64,000 bases of DNA, from positions 1,950-65,949 of the forward strand of contig JBFHWK010000001.1 of the NCBI GenBank assembly GCA_041589075.1, written 5' to 3'. Under the pieces are notes generated by a model. The model saw nothing but the letters and a program-made list of their open reading frames with translations, did no database searches and was not told the origin of the DNA. The stretch is from Rhodothermales bacterium. GTDB taxonomy: Bacteria; Bacteroidota; Rhodothermia; Rhodothermales; JABDKH01. Below, in pieces: positions 32,237 to 40,574 of the stretch (its first letter is position 1; every line of letters begins with the position of its first letter). The position numbers and the translations under genes were made by a program.

Positions 32237-32923
32237 ATGAATAGACTCGTCCTCTTCGATATCGACGGCACGCTTCTGTCCTCGGACGGCAAAGCGCGAA
32301 AGGCGTTTCTCGACGCTATTCAGGTGGCGTATGATAAACCTTTCGACCCGGACGCGGTTTCGTTTTCGGGCAAGACTGACCCGCAGATTCTTTCGGAGAT
32401 TCTGACACAGATCGGCGTACCCGCGCCTGCAGGCGAGTACCTATTTACCACGTGTCTCGACCTGTATCGCGACACACTTATGCAACTGCTCGAGCCCGCT
32501 CACATTCGGCTGTTGCCGGGCGTCCCTGAACTTGTTCGGCACTTGTCGCAGACCAGCGGGGTGCAGCTGGGTCTGCTGACCGGCAACCTCCAGGAAACGG
32601 CTTACCTCAAACTGCGTCTGGCCGGTCTCGACCGCTACTTTCCTTTCGGCGCCTTCGGTAGCGACCATCCCGACCGGTACATGCTTCCCGAGGTTGCACT
32701 CTCACGCGCGTACAAACACAACGGCATCAAGTATGGACCTGGAGAAGTCGTGATCGTCGGGGATACAGAGCACGACGTTTGTTGTGGGCGGAGTATTTCG
32801 GCCGTATCCGTTGCCGTTTGCACCGGGCGATATTCACGGGAGCAGTTAGAGCCCTTTGCTCCAAATGTTCTCCTGGATGACCTCTCGGATACCGCCGAAT
32901 TTCTTGAGGCCGTTTTCGGGTAG
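32237..32923 (+). CDS. HAD-superfamily hydrolase (phosphoglycolate phosphatase-like)
   Basis: Motif I 'LVLFDIDGTLL', 'LLTGN' and 'VIVGDTEHDV'. Confidence 0.8.
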   Translation: MNRLVLFDIDGTLLSSDGKARKAFLDAIQVAYDKPFDPDAVSFSGKTDPQILSEILTQIGVPAPAGEYLFTTCLDLYRDTLMQLLEPAHIRLLPGVPELVRHLSQTSGVQLGLLTGNLQETAYLKLRLAGLDRYFPFGAFGSDHPDRYMLPEVALSRAYKHNGIKYGPGEVVIVGDTEHDVCCGRSISAVSVAVCTGRYSREQLEPFAPNVLLDDLSDTAEFLEAVFG

Positions 32924-32931
32924 CAAACTCG

Positions 32932-33750
32932 ATGACGCCTTCGTTTGAACCCAAGAGTATCACCACCGACACGGGCGACATTGTTGTTCACGTAGCGAGG
33001 TCCGACGAGCCACGCTTCCCGCCGGTAGTCGCGGTTCATGGATTCGGCGTGAGCGGTGTGCGCACCTTCCGCTATATCGTCCCAGAACTGAACGCCGCGG
33101 GCGTAGACGTCTTCGTTCCGGAAATGCCGGGACTGGGGATTTCAAGTCCTCATGCTCCGGCCGCTTCGATTCACTTCTATGCGAGTCTCGTTGTCCGGGT
33201 CGTGCGCGAATTCACCGACGGCGCCTCGATACTGCTCGGCCATTCGATGGGCGGAAAGGTGGTCCTCGGAGCGGCCGTACTGTACCCCGGCCTCGTACAG
33301 GGTGTTGCCCTTGCCAACACGGGGGGATTTAGTATCTATGCGCCGTGGCTTCCCCGCATCGGGAGTCTGCGCGCTGTGAGCCGCGCTCTACTTATTCCGA
33401 AGCTGTCGGACGCAGTCATAGCGCGTAGTCCGCTTCAGGAATTCGTCAATGGCGGCCGTGGGCGGCAGCAATTGCTCGACCTGCGGCATTCGCACTATGA
33501 GTTCGATCTGGAGCACGCCGCTATTTGGGGCCGCCTCCGTGAGCTTCGTGCTCCGACGTTGCTGATCTGGGGAATCGACGATCCCATACTGCCGCGCTCC
33601 ACGCCACAGCGGTTCCTCAATGCGGTGCCGAGAGCCTCGGTTCAGTTCCTCAAGGATGCGGGACACGCACCCATGAAGGACCAGCCGGAGGCGTTTGTCC
33701 GCACGCTGCTCAATTTCCTCGAGCTGGATATCATCGGCCGCGCAGCGTGA
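32932..33750 (+). CDS. alpha/beta-fold hydrolase
   Basis: Nucleophile elbow 'GHSMGG', 'HGFG', and the C-terminal 'DAGHAPM' His motif. Confidence 0.8.
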   Translation: MTPSFEPKSITTDTGDIVVHVARSDEPRFPPVVAVHGFGVSGVRTFRYIVPELNAAGVDVFVPEMPGLGISSPHAPAASIHFYASLVVRVVREFTDGASILLGHSMGGKVVLGAAVLYPGLVQGVALANTGGFSIYAPWLPRIGSLRAVSRALLIPKLSDAVIARSPLQEFVNGGRGRQQLLDLRHSHYEFDLEHAAIWGRLRELRAPTLLIWGIDDPILPRSTPQRFLNAVPRASVQFLKDAGHAPMKDQPEAFVRTLLNFLELDIIGRAA

Positions 33751-33756
33751 TGCTAG

Positions 33757-34638
33757 TCACGGCCGAAATCGGCGCAAGACCCGTTGCACCCCGGACGCAT
33801 AGGCATCGCCGAAGTGGTTCAAATGGTTGATGAGATGATAGAGATTGTAGATCTCCTTGCGCTCCGGATATCCGGGGTCCAGCGTCACGACATCCTGATA
33901 ACCGGACCGGAACGCGGCCGCAAAACCACCGAATAGCTCCGACATGGCAAGATCCACCTCGACATGTCCGTAGTAGGTGGCTGGGTCGAACACTGCCGGT
34001 CCTCGAGTGGTCGACATCGCATTGCCTGACCAGAGGTCACCGTGCACGAGAGCGGGCACCGGATCCGCCGGCAACAACTCCTCGATATGCTTAAGTAACT
34101 GATCAAACATCGGTGTCCACACACTGTGCCACAACCCGTTATCAATGGCCAGCCGCCGTTGCGGCTCGAGTCGCATCTCGGCAAAAAAATCGGGCCACTT
34201 GTCCCTCCACTCGTTTCGCTGCGCTATCCGACCGATGAAGTTGTCGCTTTCGAAACCGTACGAGGAGCCTGATACGCCGTGAAGCGCAGCAAGTCCACGC
34301 CCGAGCGCAGTCCAATAGCTGGTAGTCGCCGGCGTGGGTTCTAGCCACTCCATCAGCAGTAGCGAAAACCGGCCTTTCGAATCCGCGACCAGCGAGACGG
34401 GCCGTGGGACCACGAGCGAGCTGCCCGCGCCAATGAGTGCCATCAGCCCATCATGCTCGGCCGTTAGAACTGCGGAGGAGTCCTCGGTCCACTTCACAAA
34501 GAGATCGGGGGGCTCCGCGAACGACAGTCGCCCCGAATGAGAAATGTCGCCCCCCGAGACTACGCTGAAGCCGGTGGGCTCTCTGCCGATCGCATCCCGG
34601 ACCCTCCGGCTCACGGTCTCCGGCAGCGATCCTCTCAC
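33757..34638 (-). CDS. fructosamine/ketosamine-3-kinase family protein
   Basis: 'LVHGDLWSGN' is the catalytic loop, with 'HVEVDLAM' and 'YNLYHLINHLNHFG'. GTG start overlapping the upstream stop (GTGA). Confidence 0.88.
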   Translation of the reverse strand: MRGSLPETVSRRVRDAIGREPTGFSVVSGGDISHSGRLSFAEPPDLFVKWTEDSSAVLTAEHDGLMALIGAGSSLVVPRPVSLVADSKGRFSLLLMEWLEPTPATTSYWTALGRGLAALHGVSGSSYGFESDNFIGRIAQRNEWRDKWPDFFAEMRLEPQRRLAIDNGLWHSVWTPMFDQLLKHIEELLPADPVPALVHGDLWSGNAMSTTRGPAVFDPATYYGHVEVDLAMSELFGGFAAAFRSGYQDVVTLDPGYPERKEIYNLYHLINHLNHFGDAYASGVQRVLRRFRP

Positions 34639-35147
34639 GACTTACCGAGGCCGTTCTCTTCAACGATGCGATCCAGAATCGCCGACGCTGTTCGCTCCAC
34701 GATGCTGTAGACCTCGCGGAAGCCGTTCTTGCCTCCGTAGTAGGGATCAGGCACCTGGTAGTCATCGGGCTCCGGATCAAACTCTCGGAAAAGCCGCACC
34801 TTGTGCCCGTAACGATCCCCTGTATCCAGATATAGGGTGTCGTGCAGGTTTGACTTATCCATGGCGTAGATGTGTGTGAAGTGCTCGAGATCGGACTCGG
34901 TGAGCTGCCGGGCCGTCTGGTGGTCAAGAGACACGCCATTGGCGAGGGCCACCTCGGACATGCGGCCGTCTGGCGGTTCGCCGACGTGCCACGCTCCCGT
35001 TCCGGCTGAGTCAATCTCTATGGCGCCCCCAAGGCCGCGTTCGTCCACCAGCTTTCTGAAGACGCCTTCCGCGAGTGGGCTGCGGCAGATATTGCCCAGA
35101 CACACGAAGAGGACGCGCACGCGTCGTGATTTCTCGTTTTGCTCCAT
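34635..35147 (-). CDS. low-molecular-weight protein-tyrosine phosphatase
   Basis: P-loop 'VLFVCLGNICRSPLAEG' and 'DPYYG'. The ATG at 35147 is preferred over the track start at 35207. Confidence 0.9.
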   Translation of the reverse strand: MEQNEKSRRVRVLFVCLGNICRSPLAEGVFRKLVDERGLGGAIEIDSAGTGAWHVGEPPDGRMSEVALANGVSLDHQTARQLTESDLEHFTHIYAMDKSNLHDTLYLDTGDRYGHKVRLFREFDPEPDDYQVPDPYYGGKNGFREVYSIVERTASAILDRIVEENGLGKS

Positions 35148-35262
35148 CCACACCTCTACGGACTGTGTATTTCGAATGCCCGCCGCCTCGGGCAGGTTCT
35201 TCGCCAAATGGTGACATCCCGGTGAATAATCGTTCCGTAAGTTCCGTCAACAACGACCGCTT

Positions 35263-36480
35263 ATGCCTGCGCCAGAATCCAGCCGACCACCTCTTAGCGT
35301 TTCGCAGCTTGTCGGCGTCATACGCAATACGTTGCAGACCCACCTGGGTCGAGTCCGCGTTGCGGGTGAGATCTCAAACTTCTCGGTGCACGGTTCGGGC
35401 CACTGCTACTTCACCTTGAAGGATGACCGTGCCCAGATTCAGTGTGTCATGTTTCGGTCCGACGCCCGCAAGCTTCAGTTCCGGCCCGCTGACGGCATGC
35501 AAGTTGAGGCAGTTGGCCGGGCGGATGTCTACGCGGCGCGAGGCACGCTGCAGCTTCGTACGGTCGCGATGAGGAGTGCTGGAGAAGGCGCGTTACAGAA
35601 AGCGTTTGAACAGCTCAAGCGTCGTCTTGGTGAGGAGGGGCTCTTTGATCCGGCAAAGAAGAAACCGCTTCCTCCCTTCCCCCGCGTCGTCGGACTGGTG
35701 ACCTCCGGGAGCGGCGCGGCTCTCAAGGATCTGCTGACCGTGATCGGACGGCGGTATCCGTTGACCGAAGTTCTACTCTATCCCGTGTCCGTTCAGGGTT
35801 TTGGCGCTGCTGAGGATATCGCGCACGGCCTTCGCAACCTCAACGTACTCCACGCGAAGCAAGGGGCAGACGCGCCGGATGTGTTGATCGTCGGGCGCGG
35901 CGGTGGATCGGCGGAGGACCTCTGGGCTTTTAACGAAGAGGTTGTGGCCCGCGCCATCTTCGAATCGGACATTCCTGTCGTCAGCGCAGTCGGACATGAG
36001 ACGGACTTCACGATTGCGGACTTCGTGAGTGATGTTCGGGCGCCTACCCCGTCTGCCGCTGCCGAGATGGTCGTCCCGGACCGCGTTGCACTTCGGCAGC
36101 GACTGCTGTCACTGATGCGATCCGGGCGAAGCACTGTCCTGAGTCAAATCGATGGCGAGCGCTACCGGGTGCGACGACTTCTCTATTCGCCCGGGATGAC
36201 ACAACCGTTGCGACGTTTGGAGCAGTACAGCCAGAGCCTGGACGAGCGCACGGCCCGAATGGGTCTCGCGATAGAACGCAGGCTAAACGCCTACAGAGAC
36301 CGGGCGGCAGCCCTTCAGCGTCATCTCGAGGCCCTCGACCCCCGCCGCATTTTGGGCCGGGGTTACGTGTGGATCGAGAAGGACGGAAAACCGGTCGTAC
36401 GGGCCGGCCAGACCCAGCCCGGAGACGAAGTATCGCTTCGCTTTGTGGACGGCATGAAAGAGGCCAGAATCCTGCCATGA
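35263..36480 (+). CDS. xseA: exodeoxyribonuclease VII large subunit
   Basis: 'LSVSQLVGVIRNTLQTHLGRVRVAGEISNFSVHGSGHCYFTLKD', 'VGRGGGSAEDLWAFNEE' and 'VSAVGHETD'. Confidence 0.95.
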   Translation: MPAPESSRPPLSVSQLVGVIRNTLQTHLGRVRVAGEISNFSVHGSGHCYFTLKDDRAQIQCVMFRSDARKLQFRPADGMQVEAVGRADVYAARGTLQLRTVAMRSAGEGALQKAFEQLKRRLGEEGLFDPAKKKPLPPFPRVVGLVTSGSGAALKDLLTVIGRRYPLTEVLLYPVSVQGFGAAEDIAHGLRNLNVLHAKQGADAPDVLIVGRGGGSAEDLWAFNEEVVARAIFESDIPVVSAVGHETDFTIADFVSDVRAPTPSAAAEMVVPDRVALRQRLLSLMRSGRSTVLSQIDGERYRVRRLLYSPGMTQPLRRLEQYSQSLDERTARMGLAIERRLNAYRDRAAALQRHLEALDPRRILGRGYVWIEKDGKPVVRAGQTQPGDEVSLRFVDGMKEARILP

Positions 36481-36581
36481 GAACGCAACAATAGCGGTGA
36501 TCTCGCGTTGAGAACAACGGCGCCGACGCTGGCGGTATGAATATGTTTGTCGTAATGCAAAACCGCTTGCTAAAACCGCGC

Positions 36582-36589
36582 TATATTTG
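36582..36589 (+). promoter_or_regulatory. TAnnTTTG (-7 box, FCB-type) candidate upstream of the YjbQ-like gene
   Basis: TATATTTG lies 43 nt upstream of the ATG at 36632. A second match, TATGTTTG, is at 36542-36549. Confidence 0.3.
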
Positions 36590-36631
36590 ATATCCTCGAG
36601 CTGAAGGCCTGTCCTACCCCACAGATTGGCA

Positions 36632-37723
36632 ATGGCGCTTGCCGAAAAAACGCAGTTGTCTGTCGAGCCTACCGAGGTGACTCTGGAGCTGCTGCCGAAA
36701 TCGCGTGTTGAGGTCATCGACGTCAATGCGCGCATTCTGGCTTCGAACGGAGGCTTCGGACGGTACGCAAAGGCTGTCTATGCATCACATCACACGACGG
36801 CGGGTTATCTGGAGCAGAGTTTCTGCTCGCGCCTGAACAACTCGGCGGACTCTGTCGAGACGTTCGTCGGAGCCTTCCGGAAGCTGTTCCCGCCGGATGC
36901 CGACTATCGGCACGACGAGCTGGATGAGCGGAAAGAACTCACCGAAGCTGAGCGTGAGGTCGAACCCCGCAACGCCGATTCCCATCTCACATACATCGGA
37001 GCCGGCTTACAGAATTGTGTCACGTACCAGAACGACGTGCACAGGCCCGTCTATTTCGTCGAACTCGACGGGATCAACGGGGCGCTAAAGAGGAAGCGTC
37101 GCACCACCGTGATCGGATACAATCGTGATGGTATTGTCGACCAGAGAGAACTGGTGATTCCCGTCTCGAGCCATCCGATGGACTCGATCAATCTGCGTGA
37201 CGCGCGCCTGGGTATCTTCGAGCAGCTCGGCGAGCAGTTGCGCCGTCACGGCATTCGCAAGGGTCGCATCGATCTCTGGTTGGAGTCGGGTGAACGTCAC
37301 GCGGGACTGACGGTCAACGAGTATGAGACGCTCCTGATGCGCCACGATTTGATCGAGGTCCTTAGGAACCCGATGAGGTTCATGGCGCAAAAGGGTTACC
37401 ACATGTTACGTGATCCGCTTGCCATCCCGTCGAAGGCGAAGAACTACGCCAAGTATGACCTCGTGCAGATCGTAAACGAAGTAATCGACAAACTACGTCT
37501 TAACGAGTCGGTCGTCGAACGCATACTCGACAAGTTCCTTGAACTCCCGGCGTCGCGGTTCCTTCGGATGAAGCGTTCGGTCAGCCTTCTTGTCACGGAT
37601 GGTGACGACGGAGAGGAAGGACTGATCTTGCAGGGTAAGTACCAGAGCCCGATTCTTGTGCAGTGGAAAAAGGCAGACGGCGGACGGAGAAGGCTCCGTG
37701 CTCGGTTTGTCCGATTCGACTGA
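36632..37723 (+). CDS. tandem-duplicated YjbQ/UPF0047-like protein
   Basis: First half: 'HHTTAGYLEQ', 'FRKLFPPDADYRHDE', 'NADSHLTYIGAGLQ'. Second half: 'RHAGLTVNEYE' and the C-terminal 'LILQGKYQSPILVQW...GGRRRLRARF', which resembles the YjbQ 'GTWQGI..E....GG.RRI' end. About 2.5x normal family length. Confidence 0.5.
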   Translation: MALAEKTQLSVEPTEVTLELLPKSRVEVIDVNARILASNGGFGRYAKAVYASHHTTAGYLEQSFCSRLNNSADSVETFVGAFRKLFPPDADYRHDELDERKELTEAEREVEPRNADSHLTYIGAGLQNCVTYQNDVHRPVYFVELDGINGALKRKRRTTVIGYNRDGIVDQRELVIPVSSHPMDSINLRDARLGIFEQLGEQLRRHGIRKGRIDLWLESGERHAGLTVNEYETLLMRHDLIEVLRNPMRFMAQKGYHMLRDPLAIPSKAKNYAKYDLVQIVNEVIDKLRLNESVVERILDKFLELPASRFLRMKRSVSLLVTDGDDGEEGLILQGKYQSPILVQWKKADGGRRRLRARFVRFD

Positions 37724-37731
37724 ACCCCGCG

Positions 37732-38508
37732 TTAGATGAGCGAGCGTGACTGACCGCCGTCCGCGTTTATGCATGCGCCGGTCACAAGGCTCGCCCGCTC
37801 CGAAACCAGGAACGTGACGACGTCTGCGATTTCTTCGGCCCGGCCGAAGCGTCCCATCGGAATGTTATCGGCCACGAACTCCCTCATTTCTTCCGGCTTC
37901 TCTTTGACACGACGATCCCAACTGCCACCCGGAAACCGGATCGATCCCGGCGCCACCGTATTCACGCGAATCGCCTCGCCCGCCAGCTCGACGGCCATGA
38001 TCTTGGCGGCGCTGATCAGCGCGGACTTGGTCGTGTTGTAGATCGAGAGACCGGCACCGCCCGCTTCTCGGCCGAATATCGACGAAATAAATACGATCGA
38101 TCCGCCCCCTGTCCGGCGCATTTCGGGGATCACCTGACGCGCAACACGGAGATGCGATACCAGGTTCAGCTCCAGCAACTCGAGCCAGTCTTCGTCGGTC
38201 GTTTCCGCAAACGGCTTTCTCCGATTTCCACCAGCGCTGCCAACGAGGATGTCGATCCGACCAAATCGTTCCACGGCGGCTTGAGTCAATTGCTGTGCAG
38301 CGGCCCGGTCCGTGATGTCCGCCTGCAGCGCAAGCACATCAACATCCGCCGCGGCCAGGTCGTTCTCGGCCTGCCGCAGCTGCTCCTCTCCTCGAGCACA
38401 AATTACAAGACGGCACCCCTCGCGACCGAGACCCTCCGCGACTGCCTTGCCGAGGCCCCGGCTGGCTCCGGTAACCAGCGCGACTCGATTGTTCAAGCCA
38501 AGATCCAT
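37732..38508 (-). CDS. SDR-family oxidoreductase (FabG-like)
   Basis: 'VALVTGASRGLGKAVA' (TGxxxGxG), 'NTTKSALISAAK' (YxxxK region) and 'PGSIRFP'. Confidence 0.85.
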   Translation of the reverse strand: MDLGLNNRVALVTGASRGLGKAVAEGLGREGCRLVICARGEEQLRQAENDLAAADVDVLALQADITDRAAAQQLTQAAVERFGRIDILVGSAGGNRRKPFAETTDEDWLELLELNLVSHLRVARQVIPEMRRTGGGSIVFISSIFGREAGGAGLSIYNTTKSALISAAKIMAVELAGEAIRVNTVAPGSIRFPGGSWDRRVKEKPEEMREFVADNIPMGRFGRAEEIADVVTFLVSERASLVTGACINADGGQSRSLI

Positions 38509-38703
38509 GCGTGACTTTCGCTATCTTTGGATTAACGGACCGAAACCGGGCCGCAAGGTAATAATTTCAATCCGGTGCCACGCTCACCGCCGCAACGGTA
38601 CCGGTAATTCGCGCAAACTTTGAAACAGCGCCGCGTGTTCGGGGCACCTTAACCGGTCACGGATGTCAAAGTGCACACCGCCGCACATGTACAAGACGTT
38701 GTG

Positions 38704-38916
38704 ATGGACGATCCATCATCCGAACTTACTTTTGAAGAGGCATTGCAGCGCCTCGAGCAAATCGTCGGCCGGCTCGAGAATAATGAGACGGCGCTCGACG
38801 ACTGCATCAAGTCGTACGAGGAAGGCGTTGCGATCGCCAGGCAATGCCTGGAAAGACTTGAGCGGGCCGAGTTGCGCGTCCGTAAACTGCGTATAGATTC
38901 CAACGACGACGACTAG
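38704..38916 (+). CDS. xseB: exodeoxyribonuclease VII small subunit
   Basis: 'LTFEEALQRLEQIVGRLENNETALDDCIKSYEEGVAIARQCLERLERAELRV'. ATG at 38704. Confidence 0.92.
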   Translation: MDDPSSELTFEEALQRLEQIVGRLENNETALDDCIKSYEEGVAIARQCLERLERAELRVRKLRIDSNDDD

Positions 38917-38939
38917 TGTGTCCTGAGCCTAGTGCAGCA

Positions 38940-39458
38940 ATGATTGAATCCTTCTCTCACCTCAGTCCCCAGGCACGATTGTGGATCTGGGTAAGCTCCC
39001 GTCCGATCATGACTGAGGAGGCACACGATCTTAAGACGGCGTTGGACAGCTTTCTGAAAACATGGTCATCCCACGAACGGCCGATTCGCGGAGCATGGAA
39101 GCTTGTGGACGACCGCATTCTGCTGATTGCCGGTGAGATTCCCGGCGGAGACATTTCGGGCTGCGGCATCGACAAGTCCGTACACCAGATTGAAAAGGTT
39201 GCGGTGAACCACGGCTTCGAATGGTTGCCTGGACTTGATGTCGTGTTTCGGTGTAGTCCGGAAGCTCCCCTGGAGTCGTTGCCGAGACCCGGCTTTAGAG
39301 ACGCCATCAGCTCGGGGCAGATTGGCCCGAATGCAATCGTTGTCGATCGAACGATCGGAACGATCGAGGACCTGCTGGCCGGGCAGCTCGAACGACCCGC
39401 CCGGGACTCGTGGGCGCGGCCGTTCTTCAGCGCGACACAACAAAAGGCGCAGCTCTGA
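38940..39458 (+). CDS. conserved hypothetical protein
   Basis: 172-aa ORF starting 24 nt after the xseB stop. It contains 'FLKTWSSHERPIRGAWKLVDDRILLIAGE...GDISGCGIDKSV'. I vaguely recall similar ~160-aa proteins in Bacteroidota with uninformative annotations, but this is not verified. Confidence 0.55.
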   Translation: MIESFSHLSPQARLWIWVSSRPIMTEEAHDLKTALDSFLKTWSSHERPIRGAWKLVDDRILLIAGEIPGGDISGCGIDKSVHQIEKVAVNHGFEWLPGLDVVFRCSPEAPLESLPRPGFRDAISSGQIGPNAIVVDRTIGTIEDLLAGQLERPARDSWARPFFSATQQKAQL

Positions 39459-39461
39459 ATC

Positions 39462-40511
39462 GTGCCGTCACTCGCTCGACTCGCGCGACCATTTGTTGAC
39501 TGGCTCGCACGCACCGATCCGGCCCGGCGCGAAATCGTCCTCGCCACCGTCTTCCTCGCCGCGCTCATGGCGACAGGAACGTTCGGCTATGTCCTGATCG
39601 AAGGATGGTACTGGCTCGACGGGCTGTACATGACATTCATCACGCTCACGACGATCGGGTTTTCGGAAGTCAACAAGCTCTCGTCCGGGGGTCGAATCTT
39701 CACCATCCTGATAGGGCTCGTGGGAATTGGGGCCGTCGCCTTCATTGCGACACGCGCCGCACAAATCGTGCTGGCAAGTGAGCTCATCAGCAAACGACAC
39801 ATGAAGAAACGAATCGAGGCTCTGCAGGGTCACTACATCGTATGCGGTTATGGTCGAATCGGAAAACGCATTGCCCAGGATCTGCATCGGGCAGGTGAGA
39901 GGTTTGTCGTCGTTGAGATCGACGACGACACGGTCGAAGAGCTCGTCGAGACACACTATCTGTTTGTACACGGGAACGCCGAGCATGAAGACGTACTCCA
40001 GCGTGCGGGCATCGCGGAAGCGCGCGGCCTCATCCTGACCCTGCCGGACGACTCCTCCAATGTCTTTGTGACTCTTACGGCACGTGAACTCAAGCCGGGG
40101 CTTTTCGTGCTGGCACGAACCGACACGCATCACAACGAGCGAAAGCTTCGGAGGGCGGGTGCCGATAAGGTCGTCGCTGCCTACGAAATCGGTGCAGACC
40201 GGATGGCCCAGGTGATCCTCAAGCCTCACGTGGACCGATTCATGGAAGATGTCCTGCTGTCGGAGAGCATCAATCTGATCATGGAGGAAATCAAGGTCGG
40301 CGAAGGCGCCCCGTTGGCCCAAAAAACGCTCGTAGAAGGCAACTTTCGGCAGAACTTCAACACGATTGTCGTTGCAATCGTGGACGGCGCCGACGACCGG
40401 ATGCACTTCAACCCCAGCGCGGACACCCGGATCAAAAGCGGCGACGTCCTGATTGTACTGGGAAGCCCCATGATGATCGAGAAGCTCCGGCAAGAAGGTT
40501 GCAGCAGTTGA
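39462..40511 (+). CDS. 2-TM potassium-channel-family protein with RCK (TrkA-N + TrkA-C) domains
   Basis: TM1, pore helix plus filter 'YMTFITLTTIGFSEV', TM2, 'YIVCGYGRIGKRIAQDL' (GxGxxG), and a TrkA-C-like tail ending 'GDVLIVLG'. GTG start. Confidence 0.85.
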   Translation: MPSLARLARPFVDWLARTDPARREIVLATVFLAALMATGTFGYVLIEGWYWLDGLYMTFITLTTIGFSEVNKLSSGGRIFTILIGLVGIGAVAFIATRAAQIVLASELISKRHMKKRIEALQGHYIVCGYGRIGKRIAQDLHRAGERFVVVEIDDDTVEELVETHYLFVHGNAEHEDVLQRAGIAEARGLILTLPDDSSNVFVTLTARELKPGLFVLARTDTHHNERKLRRAGADKVVAAYEIGADRMAQVILKPHVDRFMEDVLLSESINLIMEEIKVGEGAPLAQKTLVEGNFRQNFNTIVVAIVDGADDRMHFNPSADTRIKSGDVLIVLGSPMMIEKLRQEGCSS

Positions 40512-40574
40512 CAGCCACGGGAGCAATCCTCAACAGTTACAGTAGAAAGCAGCCAAAAACGCAGTTTTAAACGA

